A stretch of DNA of 64,000 nt from the NCBI GenBank assembly GCA_963806185.1, contig CAWDXE010000007.1, positions 448,001 to 512,000 on the forward strand, in the 5' to 3' direction. The position numbers and the translations under genes are program-made. The notes below the pieces were generated by a model. It saw nothing but the letters and a program-made list of their open reading frames with translations. It ran no database searches and was not told the DNA's origin. The DNA comes from an uncultured candidate division Zixibacteria bacterium (lineage in GTDB: Bacteria > Zixibacteria > MSB-5A5 > GN15 > FEB-12). Shown one piece after another: positions 50,695 to 60,707 of this stretch. The stretch's first letter is position 1. Each line of letters opens with the position of its first letter.

Positions 50695-50729
50695 GGGGGA
50701 TGGCGGAAGCGCGAGCGGCTAAGGTGATG

Positions 50730-50771
50730 CGTCAGGTCACGCGCCTCGCGGACTCGGCGCAGGAGCTGACG
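50730..50771. repeat. CGTC-bounded REP-like 42-mer
   Basis: Near-identical to 26085-26126. Confidence 0.75.
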
Positions 50772-50860
50772 CAACGACGGAACCCCGGCACAAATAATCA
50801 GGCTGGCGCACGGGACGTACGCTAGCCACAATGAAACGGACGGGGGAAAGAGGCAGCCAC

Positions 50861-50889
50861 TTGCCTTTGGCGGGGGAATGATGTACACT
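50861..50889 (+). promoter_or_regulatory. Putative sigma70 promoter of ymdB-folD
   Basis: TTGCCT-N17-TACACT. Confidence 0.55.
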
Positions 50890-50969
50890 TGGGCATTCGA
50901 AAATCCCCCGATGTCGCAAGGGCGGTTGCCTATCGGGTTATCGTGAACCCGCCTTAGAAAGTTGGACGT

Positions 50970-51758
50970 TTGTCGATAGTTACGGTACTGTTTGTCGCCG
51001 ATTTGTGCGGCAAACCCGGCCGCCAGGCGGCGGCCCATCTGATCAAGCCCCTTCGCGAAAAATACGGCGTCAATTACGTGATCGCCAACATCGAGAATGC
51101 CGCCGGAGGATTCGGCATTACGCCCGAAATGTCGCGCAAGATTTTCAGCTATGGCGTCGACATGCAGACCTCCGGCAACCATATCTGGGATCGCGTCCAG
51201 ATTCTGGAGTATTTCGAGCAAAAGCCCAAGCTGCTTCGTCCAGCCAACTACCCGCTGGGTGTGCCGGGGAACGGGTCGTTTATCGAGACGGTGGGCGACT
51301 TCAAGATCGGCGTGCTCAACCTGATGGGGCGGACATATATGAACAGCAGTCTGGATTGTCCGTTTCGCACCGCGAATCGCGAAGTGAATAATATCATGCG
51401 GGAGACCCCGATCATCATCATCGATTTCCACGCCGAAGCATCGTCGGAAAAGCAGGCACTCTGCTATTTTCTCGACGGCAAGGTGTCGGCGGTGATCGGC
51501 ACGCACACGCATGTGCCGACGGCTGACGAAAAGATCACCAAGCGGGGAACGGCCTATATCACCGACGCCGGTATGACCGGGCCGCATGATTCAATCATCG
51601 GCATGGACAAGGGGCCGTCGCTCGGGCGCTTTCTCACCGGCATGCCCAAACGGTTTACAACGGCCGAGGGGGACGTCAAACTGCAGGGTGTGATCGTGAA
51701 GATCAACTCCGAGGATGGTCAGGCAGTGGAGATCATCTCGGATCAGCGAGAGCTTTGA
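50970..51758 (+). CDS. ymdB: YmdB/TIGR00282 family metallophosphoesterase
   Basis: [51 protein letters not shown]. Confidence 0.93.
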   Translation: MSIVTVLFVADLCGKPGRQAAAHLIKPLREKYGVNYVIANIENAAGGFGITPEMSRKIFSYGVDMQTSGNHIWDRVQILEYFEQKPKLLRPANYPLGVPGNGSFIETVGDFKIGVLNLMGRTYMNSSLDCPFRTANREVNNIMRETPIIIIDFHAEASSEKQALCYFLDGKVSAVIGTHTHVPTADEKITKRGTAYITDAGMTGPHDSIIGMDKGPSLGRFLTGMPKRFTTAEGDVKLQGVIVKINSEDGQAVEIISDQREL

Positions 51759-51793
51759 CATCACGGCGGTCAAAGGAGGTATCGACTTTTCAG

Positions 51794-52693
51794 ATGAAGA
51801 CTGACACGGTGCCTGCGGACAAGATCATCGACGGGAAAATCGTCGCGGAATCGATTAAAGAAGCCCTTCGGCCGCGCTTAGAAGCGCTAAAGGCGAAAGG
51901 GATTACTCCCGGGCTGGCGGCCGTGTTGGTGGGTGATGATCCGGCGTCGGCGAGTTATGTAAAAGGAAAAGCGCAGGCGTGTGAGAAACTGGGGTTGTAT
52001 TCGAAGGTGATTACGCAACCGGCGACGCTGTCGCAGGCGGCCTTGATCGAGATTGTGAAGTCGCTGAATGCTGATCCCAAAATTCACGGCATCCTGGTGC
52101 AGTCGCCGGTGCCGAAGCAGATTGATGAGCTGGCGGTGACATTGACGATCGATCCGCGCAAGGACGTCGATGGATTTCATCCGTACAATGTCGGCATGAT
52201 GCTGATCGGCGAACCGACGCTGCTGCCGTGCACGCCGCACGGCATTATCAAGCTTCTTGAGCATTACGCGATCACTACCGCCGGAAAAGAGGTGGTAGTG
52301 GTCGGGCGATCGAATATTGTCGGCAAACCGGTGGCGGCGCTGCTGATGCAGAAGGGGCCGTTCGCCGACGCGACAGTGACGGTGGCGCATTCGCGCACTC
52401 GGAACCTGGCGGAGGTGACGCGACGGGCGGATATCCTGATTGCGGCAATTGGGAAAGCGGAGATTATCAAGCCTGAGATGGTGAAAGAGGGGGCGGTGGT
52501 GATCGATGTTGGGATTAACCGGGTGGAAGACCCTTCGAGCAAAAAGGGGTACCGCCTGGTGGGTGATGTCGCGTTTGACGCATGCCTACCAAAGGTCTCC
52601 CGGATTACGCCGGTGCCGGGTGGGGTTGGACCGATGACAATCGCGATGCTGATGGCGAATACGGTTCTTGCGGCCGAGCAATTGGGCCGTTGA
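51794..52693 (+). CDS. folD: Methylenetetrahydrofolate dehydrogenase/cyclohydrolase
   Basis: [40 protein letters not shown]. Confidence 0.97.
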   Translation: MKTDTVPADKIIDGKIVAESIKEALRPRLEALKAKGITPGLAAVLVGDDPASASYVKGKAQACEKLGLYSKVITQPATLSQAALIEIVKSLNADPKIHGILVQSPVPKQIDELAVTLTIDPRKDVDGFHPYNVGMMLIGEPTLLPCTPHGIIKLLEHYAITTAGKEVVVVGRSNIVGKPVAALLMQKGPFADATVTVAHSRTRNLAEVTRRADILIAAIGKAEIIKPEMVKEGAVVIDVGINRVEDPSSKKGYRLVGDVAFDACLPKVSRITPVPGGVGPMTIAMLMANTVLAAEQLGR

Positions 52694-52936
52694 AGTACTG
52701 TGCGGCCTGAAGTCGAGATCGGCTCACCTGCTTGCAGTTAATGTGCATTGTGGTGCGTTTCAGATATCCCTCCGACGCGGAATTTCCCGGAAAGTAGTCA
52801 GCGGCGTCAGCCAATGTGGATGTATGGCTTTAGGTAGGCAGGGTTAAACCGTTTGGGAGAGCGATGTTAGAATCAGGTGGTGGACAAGCAAGGAGTTCGT
52901 TCATTCCTGCTATTTGGCTGTCTTTCAAAAGGATAG

Positions 52937-52953
52937 AGGGCATACGGTTTGCT
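52937..52953 (+). promoter_or_regulatory. Putative sigma54 promoter
   Basis: AGGGCATACGGTTTGCT = GG-N10-GC with a TTGCT -12 box, about 40 nt before the GTG, inside a 300-nt intergenic region. Confidence 0.6.
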
Positions 52954-52994
52954 GAGTCAAGAGTGAACTGTTACCGGTAGGGTTGCAAATTTAG

Positions 52995-55955
52995 GTGTCG
53001 ACTCAGCGTTGGTTCCACAGCCGGGCTTTACTGGTTGCGATGGCTATCTTGTGTGTGGCTGTCGTAGGGGGGCCGACCTTTGCCACTCCTAACCAACTCT
53101 CTTCCGTGGTCATCAATATTTCTCCTGACCAGATAGTCGGCGAATCGTTCATTGGGACGGTTCGGGTACTTCTGCTCGACGGCGCCGGCGGGCTGGTGAC
53201 CAACTACGACCTGACGGCCAATCCTATTACCCTCCAAGTCTCAGGTGGGACGCTGACGCCCAGCGTCATAAGTGATCAATCCCTGTTCAGCAGCGGCGTG
53301 GTGAGTCTGGAATCGCTCGGGATAACGTTCACCGGGGAATCGGGCCAATACGCAATCACCGCTACCACCGGGTCGATTACCTCGTCGCCGGTGATCGTCG
53401 CTTTTAACGGGTACGACATTCTGGCGGCGTACGATTTTCGCGGGAATACCATCAGTTCGATCTATACCGGACTGCCTACCAAGATCAAGGCGGTGGTACG
53501 CAATTCAGGGACGCAGACAGCATCGGCTCAACCGGAACTTCGGTCGTACTTCACGTCCGGCGGCAGTTCGCTGATCGCCTTCTTTGCACCGGGAAGCAAT
53601 GGCCGTCGCGACACGATCCTGATTAATCTGCCGACCGAGAATCTGACCGCCGGTCCGGACACCATTGTGTTGGAGTTGAAGAGCAAGTACATCATCGGCG
53701 GCACGGAGTACACAACGTACGATTCGCTGCGCGTGCCGGTGGTGGTGCAGGCGGCGGCGACTATGACGATGGTGACCGCGTCGTTCAAACCGGACAGTGT
53801 CTACCGCGACCGGAATTTCAATTTCGGATTCAGCATCGCGGCGAATGGCTTTATCGGACCAATCGATTCAACGGCGTTGGTAATCTCGCTGGCCAACACC
53901 ATCGGCGGGTCGGCGATTGACACGTTCTTTATCGGGTCCGCTTCCCACACCGGCTTTTCCGGCGGGATAATCACGTATGGCAATCTGGTCGGAAATATTG
54001 CGTCGAGCGCGGTTGTGCCGCCCGGACTGTACCGGCTGCTGGTCGACTATCAGTTGATATCCGGGGGTAACATTTTCACGATTACGAATCGCTATCCTGA
54101 TTCTTTGCTGGTACTGGCGTCGGCCAATCTTGGGTACACGGCGGGCACGTTGGATCCTATTGCGGTTGTCTCCGGGCGGGAAGCGACGTTCAGTTTCACG
54201 ATCAACTATATCGGGACGGCGCCGCTTGAGGTTGATCCGGCGTCGACCAGCTTCCAGCTCTCAGGTTCGGAGTTTTCAACGTCGACCTCGCTGGCTATAC
54301 CGGGCAACCTGCTGCAATCCGGGGCGAATGTGGTGGCTACGGAGCAATTGTTCATTCCTTCCGGGCAACTGGGGAACACGCTGAATGCGTCGATGACTTT
54401 CAATTATCGTCAGCCGGGGTCCGGCAACTACTCGACCTTCAGCTCCAACTTCGGAAATCAAACGATCCGGGTCGAGCAAGTGCCGATCGTGCAAGTCATC
54501 AGCACCGACTTGATCTCGCCCAATGCGCCACTGGTGAACACTGGTCAGCATTTCCTGCTTCGGATTCGCATTGCCAATCTGGCGACTTCGCCGGCCGATC
54601 TGTTGCCGATCCGGGTGGTGAGTGATGGGCAATCGGACTTCGATCCGAACTACCTGGTGTCACAAGTTCCGGCAGATGATACGATCACGGTGGACGTCGA
54701 GGTGACGGCGGCGGACCAGCCGGCAGCAGCTGAAGTCTTCCGTGTGGACATAGTGTCGCTGGACGTGGTGCGATTGTCGCCGATCGACAATATTGCACTG
54801 GCGACTATCCAGACGCCGTCGAATGTTGATTTGACGTACCAGTTGCTGGGGACGGTCAGCGGTGTGGTCGAGCGAAACAAGGATTTCAGTCTTCAGGTCA
54901 AACTGACAAATACCGGTCAGGCGGCGATCACCGACGCAGAATTTCAATTGAGTACGTCGGGCTTGCTGGGACTGCCCGAACCGTATATAGACACGATTGT
55001 AGGCGCGGGCACGATGAACATTCCGCTTCGCGCGCCGAATGTAGATACGATTATTCCACTGCATTTTGTACTGAGCAAACGGCCGCTGGATCGCAACATT
55101 GACTCAGCGGCGATCATGGCGGACACGTCGTTTGACCTTACGGTGTATGTGTCATCGGCGACGGGGGATCTGTACATCGAGCCGAGCCTGGTTGCCTCGA
55201 ATCTGCTCCGGCCGAGCGAGGCGAAAGACTTGCTTCAGTTGCGCCTGACCAACCGGGGATCGTCGACCATGGACGGCATCCGGCTGGACACAATTCCCGT
55301 CGTGTTTTCCGATGAGCGAGGTGTGGCGATCGCGCCGTCGAACGTGTTTGATCTTTCGACTTTCGGTTTCTACGATGGGGACGTGCTGGTTTCGAGCTAC
55401 ACGCTGGCCAACGAGATTGTGAATTTTGTCTTCGCGGATGAGACCCTTAATTCCGGAGCATCGCGGGTGCTGACCTTGCGAGGCAGACTTTTGTCACGCC
55501 AGACGAGCGAGTTCCAGTTGCGCATCGGTTTGGACATGGTGCGGGCCACGTATCTGGCCGGTCCGCTGGCAGGGCTGCCGGTGACGGTGGCAATTCCGAA
55601 CCAGGGTCCGGATATCATTTCACAGGTGTATGTTCCCACCGGCGGCACGGAGGGAACGACGCTCGTCATTCGCAATAATCCCTTCAATCCGAATGTGGAA
55701 ACCGCGGAATTTCGCTACCTGCCGCCGTCGAAAGGGGACGCCGAGCTACGAATCTTCACCCTGCTGGGTGAAGAGGTCTATTCCCGACATCTGAGCGAAA
55801 CAGCACTGACGCCGTCGGCGGAGGACCCGTTTGTGCTGATCGAATGGGACGGTCGGAATGGCTCCGGGGAGTTCGTACTCAATGGCGCCTACCTGGTGAC
55901 CATCAGTGCCTCCACCGGCGAAGTGGCGAAGTTGAAAGTGGCGGTGATCAAATGA
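52995..55955 (+). CDS. Large secreted beta-rich (Ig-like) protein with a FlgD-Ig/T9SS-like CTD
   Basis: Signal peptide; S/T/G-rich beta repeats; CTD 'NNPFNP...LRIFTLLGEEV...WDGRN.SG..V.NGAY...KVAVIK'. Confidence 0.75.
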   Translation: MSTQRWFHSRALLVAMAILCVAVVGGPTFATPNQLSSVVINISPDQIVGESFIGTVRVLLLDGAGGLVTNYDLTANPITLQVSGGTLTPSVISDQSLFSSGVVSLESLGITFTGESGQYAITATTGSITSSPVIVAFNGYDILAAYDFRGNTISSIYTGLPTKIKAVVRNSGTQTASAQPELRSYFTSGGSSLIAFFAPGSNGRRDTILINLPTENLTAGPDTIVLELKSKYIIGGTEYTTYDSLRVPVVVQAAATMTMVTASFKPDSVYRDRNFNFGFSIAANGFIGPIDSTALVISLANTIGGSAIDTFFIGSASHTGFSGGIITYGNLVGNIASSAVVPPGLYRLLVDYQLISGGNIFTITNRYPDSLLVLASANLGYTAGTLDPIAVVSGREATFSFTINYIGTAPLEVDPASTSFQLSGSEFSTSTSLAIPGNLLQSGANVVATEQLFIPSGQLGNTLNASMTFNYRQPGSGNYSTFSSNFGNQTIRVEQVPIVQVISTDLISPNAPLVNTGQHFLLRIRIANLATSPADLLPIRVVSDGQSDFDPNYLVSQVPADDTITVDVEVTAADQPAAAEVFRVDIVSLDVVRLSPIDNIALATIQTPSNVDLTYQLLGTVSGVVERNKDFSLQVKLTNTGQAAITDAEFQLSTSGLLGLPEPYIDTIVGAGTMNIPLRAPNVDTIIPLHFVLSKRPLDRNIDSAAIMADTSFDLTVYVSSATGDLYIEPSLVASNLLRPSEAKDLLQLRLTNRGSSTMDGIRLDTIPVVFSDERGVAIAPSNVFDLSTFGFYDGDVLVSSYTLANEIVNFVFADETLNSGASRVLTLRGRLLSRQTSEFQLRIGLDMVRATYLAGPLAGLPVTVAIPNQGPDIISQVYVPTGGTEGTTLVIRNNPFNPNVETAEFRYLPPSKGDAELRIFTLLGEEVYSRHLSETALTPSAEDPFVLIEWDGRNGSGEFVLNGAYLVTISASTGEVAKLKVAVIK

Positions 55956-57773
55956 AGCGGTGGCTGCGAACATGTGGCCTGAGTCTGGTGCTGGCCGGTC
56001 TGGTGGTGATGACCGCGTGGGCGGATGACGCCGGGCGAGAATCGCAGTTTACGTTTGGCGCGGGCGCCCGGTCGCTCGGGATGGGCGGGGCGATGACGTC
56101 GCTGTCCGACGAAGGGTCGTCGGTGTACTACAACCCGGCCGGGTTGGCGCGTCTGGAGTGGCAGGAATTGTCGGCGATGCACGCCTCCTTGTTTGAGGGG
56201 ACAATCTGGGATTTTGGTTCGTGGGTGTATCCGATCGGCGACCGGCACGGCCTCGGCGTCAGCTTTATGCGGCTGGGGACAAATGACATTGAACGGCGAG
56301 TGGATTTCAATCCCGGCGGGACATTCGGATACTCGACGTGGCAGTTCACCGTGGCCTACGGGTCGGTCATCACTCGAGGAGTGTCGATAGGGATGGCGCT
56401 GAAGATAGTCAGTCAGGAGCTTGATCAATATTCGGATTATGCCGTCGGCGGCGATATCGGGGTTCAGTGGCGGGTCTACAAGAGTCTGGGTGTCGGTGCC
56501 ATAGCGCGGGACGTCGTGTCGCCACGACTCAAGATGAATGTCACATCGGAGCGGACGCCGGTGTCGATTGTCAGCGGGGTGTCGCTTAATCGAGCTCGCC
56601 TGAGCGGAACCATAGCCCTTTCGCTGGCGACAGACGTGGTAGCGTATGAAGATCGCGATCCGCAGGTGCAGGCGGGCGCGGAGCTCCTGTTCGCGGGGCA
56701 GTACGCGTTGCGGGGCGGCTACGACCGTGAACAACTAACACTCGGGGCCGGACTTCGTCGCGGACGAATGAGCATCGACTACGCGTTTAAGCAGATGCCG
56801 GAAGTGCTGGACGACGCGCACACGTTCAGCCTGTCGATGCGAGTGGGGAAATCGGTGGCGGAACAGATGCGCATCGCCGATTCGATTCGGAGTGCACCGC
56901 CGCAGTTGACGGCAGAAGAGAAACGAATGCATGGCGCTGCGGGAGAAGGCGAATCGGTTTTTCCACAATTTCGAGCTTGATTCGGCCCTGGTGTATTTCA
57001 ACCAGTTATTCGTCACGGCGCCCGACGACGAGGAGTTGATCGGGACTATCGCGGCGATTGAAAACGCGATCAAGGTACAGCGGGAGCAGGAGACGAAACT
57101 CCGGGCCGCGGAGCAGGAGCGGCAGCAATACCTGAGCAGCTACTATGATCAGGCGACGGCGTTTTACGGCAAGAAGTACTATCGTGCCGCGCTGGACATG
57201 CTGAACCTGATTTTTGACGTCGATCCGGAGAACGTCCGGGCTCATGCGCTGAAGGAAGAGATCGAGGAATCGATGGCGAGTCAGATCGCGCACTACTTTG
57301 AGGTGGCGCATCTGGCCGAGCAGGAAGGTCGCTTCACGGCCGCCATCGACGCATACAACAGCATACTCGAACTGGAGCCGGACAACAGCGTGGCGGCCGG
57401 GGGCAAACGGAAGGCGCTCTCCAGTCTCGATCTGGCCAAACAGCTCAACCAGGCGATTCAGCTATTCAATGAGGGGAAATTCGATGAGGCGGAAGGGCGC
57501 TTCCGGGCGGTGCTGGAGGTCAATCCGAATGAAACGGTGGCCCGCGAATACCTTGGGAGAATAGCGGCAGCGCAGAAGCACACGGCCACGCTGGAAGATC
57601 TACAGGCCGATCGCACCGTGTGGGGATTATATCTTGACGGCATGCGCTATTACCGCGATAAAGAGTATGACAAGGCGATTGAGGTCTGGCAGAAGGTGCT
57701 CGAGGCATACCCGGGGCAGCCGAATACGCTGGAAAACATCGAGCTGGCCCGTCGCCGTCTGAAGTCGCAGTAG
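55952..57773 (+). CDS. PorV/PorQ-family (UPF0164-like) beta-barrel fused to TPR repeats (extra base near 56930)
   Basis: 'GARSLGMGGA...YYNPAGLA', 'ALRGGY', 'SIDYAF' barrel motifs; TPR helices in ORF 56931; ATGA overlap with the upstream gene. Confidence 0.8.
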
Positions 57774-57807
57774 GTCGTACTATCGACCGGGGTGCACAAT
57801 ATTCGGG

Positions 57808-59857
57808 ATGGGCATGTTTCGTCGAGCAATCAAGGAAATCAACGCTGAATTTGCCGCCGAAGAGCGGTATCTGGACAGCATCCAGCGGGTGGTGCGCGAA
57901 GCGTGCGCGGCGGCCGGGATGCAGCGCAAGATGGTGAGCGCGGTCCTTTTGGCCGTCGAAGAGGGCGCCACCAATATCATCCGACATGCCTATTTGTACG
58001 AGAAGGGGACGATCCGCCTGCGCGTCGTCATCTACAAGAAACTCGTCGCTTTCTCGCTCATCGACTCCGGACGATCGTTTCAGCCGGAGGGGTCCGGCAA
58101 GATCGATCTGGAACACCTGGTGGAGTCGGGGCGTCGGGGCGGACTCGGTTTCTACATGATCCAGAAGATCATGGATCAGGTGGAGTACATCTCAGCGGCC
58201 GGGTTCAACGAATTGCGGATGATCAAGCGTCTCGAGCGCGATATCGCGGGGGTGCCGCCGATGGTACGCCGGACGTTCGGTCTGCGCGTGAAATTCTCGG
58301 TCTGGACATTCTTCATTGTCAGCGTGATCATCGGAGCGGCGTTTTACTATGTGAACAGCCGCACGACCGCGGAAGTGTATCAGCATCTCGACGAGACGGT
58401 GATGGCGCTGGGAAAGACGATTGCCGATCAGGCAGCGGGGTACACGATAAACGGGCGATCGGACGTGGAGTTTGACGATTTGGCGGTGTCGTTTGTGCGG
58501 GCCAATCCGATGCTGACGCTGGTCGTACTGACGGACTCGTTTAACCTGATTACGGCACATTCGAATGATATCAGGAATATTCGCGGCCAGTACCAGCCAC
58601 CGGAATCGGTGCGCGGGGCGCCTATGGGAAGCACGCAGCGGTATGCGATCAGCGGAGTGGAGGTCAATTATCTCTCGCTGCCGATCAAGTCGGGGGAGAA
58701 GGTGCTGGGGGCGGTTCATGTCACCTATTCATCGGCGCCCATCCATCGTCAACTATCCGAAGCCCGCAAGCGGATATTATTGTTCACCGGGTTCCTGCTG
58801 TTGATCGGCGTGGCGGGAATTTACCTGCTGTCGAATTATTTCGTCCGGCCGATTGTCAAGATCACCCAACGGGTACGCAGATTTTCATCGGGTGACTTGG
58901 AGACGGAACTCCCGCTGGAAGGGGCGGATGAGTTTTTCGAGATTGCCAGCGCGCTCAACGACATGATGACGCGTCTTTCGCGGGATCGCCGTAATGTCAT
59001 CGAGCGCGAACGGATGGCCAAGGAGATCGAGTTCGCGTCGCAGATCCAGAAAACCCTTTTACCGGGAACGCTGCCGAAGATCCCGGGTCTGGAAATCGAC
59101 GCCTATTATCGAGCCGCGTCGATGGTTGGCGGCGACTTGTATGACGTGTTCGAAATCCAGCCGGGCCGGTACTGTCTGGTGGTCGCGGACGTTTCGGGCA
59201 AAGGAGTGCCGGCGTCGCTGGTGATGTCGATGCTGAGGACAGTGTTCCAGATTACCGCGAGCAAGTATGCGACGGCGAAAGGGACGCTGGTGGCGGTGAA
59301 CGATTATCTTTCGCGGAATATGCCGCCGGGAATGTTCATCACGGTCATGGCGGGATTCTATGACAGTGCGAACCGCCGGTTCAGTTTTGTCTCGGCGGGG
59401 CACAACCCGATGTTGTATTACACGGCACGGACGAAGGAGGTCACCCGACTGAACCCGGCCGGGATGCCGCTGGGTGTGCCGGTGACACTGGGCAAGGGGT
59501 TCGCGGACGGGTTGGAGGAAGTGACGATCGAAGTGGCCGAGGGGGATGTGTTTATTCTGTATACTGATGGCATCACGGAAGCAACGAATCGTGAGGGCAA
59601 GCAGTATGGCACGGATCGGTTTGCGACGATTCATATCCGATCAGCTTCGGGGCAACGCGGTGACACAATTGTCGGGATTGTCGGAAGCGATTGTGACTGA
59701 GATAGATAATTTTGCCGGGTTTGGACGGCAAAAGGATGATATTACCTACATCATTGGACGAACATCGTCGGTAGTTCAGATAGATTCGGTCGTCGAGGGG
59801 ACGACGGGCAGTGCCGACACAGCGACCGCCACCGGATCGCAAGAATCCGAGGCCTAG
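57808..59857 (+). CDS. RsbW-type anti-sigma kinase - TM sensor - HAMP - SpoIIE (PP2C) phosphatase fusion (extra base near 59627)
   Basis: EEGATNIIRHAY, DSG, GGLG; two TMs; HAMP; VGGDLYD, ADVSGKG, SAGHNP, YTDGITE; the final DDIT motif lies in the shifted frame (ORF 59546). Confidence 0.88.
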
Positions 59858-59936
59858 GCAGATTCCCCTTGCCAAGTCCCGCCGCCGGTTTACTTTCCGA
59901 TTAGTGATCAAACTGGTCAACTACGGACACACCTGA

Positions 59937-60614
59937 GTGGACAACATTAAGATATCGCTATCAGAATCAAGTCATGGTCGGGAGATTTCCGAGGTGCGGG
60001 TCGACGGCGTCATAGACACGTTGACGGCCGGTGAATTGGAAGAAGTGATCGACTCGCTTTTGAAGCGGCAGCGATACAATATCGTCATCGACTTGGCCGG
60101 TGTGGACTACATTTCCTCGGCGGGCTGGGGCATTTTCATCTCGCATATCAAAGATGTGCGGGGGCACGGGGGCGACATTAAGCTGGCGAATATGGTGCCG
60201 GATGTGTATGAGATATTCGAGTTGCTCGAATTTGACAACGTTCTCCAGGCCTACACGTCGCTTGATGCGGCGGTGGGGCAGTTCCGTCCTTCCGACGATG
60301 GCGGGCTAAAAAAAAAAGCCGAAGAAGTAACCCGCCTGAGCGTCGTTGAACGCTCCATCGCGGTAGCGGCGCATCCGAGCGCGGTCAGCACGAGTGTGAT
60401 CGGCCCGGGCGGTTTGCCAGTGGACAGTGTGGAGTCGATGATTTTGCACGTGGTCCGTCAAGACCCGTTTGCGACGATTGGAGAAATCAAGCAGGAAATC
60501 AATCGGACTGATGGGGAGTTGCGCGCCGGCTATTGGCAGGTATTTGGTGTGTTGCGCAGGTATAAGTTGCTGCGCCGCAAGGCTCGGTTCCGTTTTGCCT
60601 GGCGCCGCGGATGA
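59937..60614 (+). CDS. STAS anti-sigma-factor antagonist with a C-terminal helical (wHTH-like) extension
   Basis: 'IDLAGVDYISSAG' phospho-Ser motif; about 100-aa tail 'ILHVVRQDPFATIGEIKQEI'. Confidence 0.85.
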   Translation: MDNIKISLSESSHGREISEVRVDGVIDTLTAGELEEVIDSLLKRQRYNIVIDLAGVDYISSAGWGIFISHIKDVRGHGGDIKLANMVPDVYEIFELLEFDNVLQAYTSLDAAVGQFRPSDDGGLKKKAEEVTRLSVVERSIAVAAHPSAVSTSVIGPGGLPVDSVESMILHVVRQDPFATIGEIKQEINRTDGELRAGYWQVFGVLRRYKLLRRKARFRFAWRRG

Positions 60615-60707
60615 ATCTTTCTTTATCATATCATTCCAACAAGGTATATTATGCGGGTAGGCAGCACGGTTGCTGCTCATAACCTGTAAGGCTTACTGGA
60701 GGTGAGC

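Noticed and set aside
50830..50969. 6S RNA, or a ZTP/THF riboswitch before ymdB-folD
   Set aside because: Too short for 6S and a promoter lies inside the hairpin; the ZTP and THF consensus motifs were not found. Kept only as an unassigned leader.
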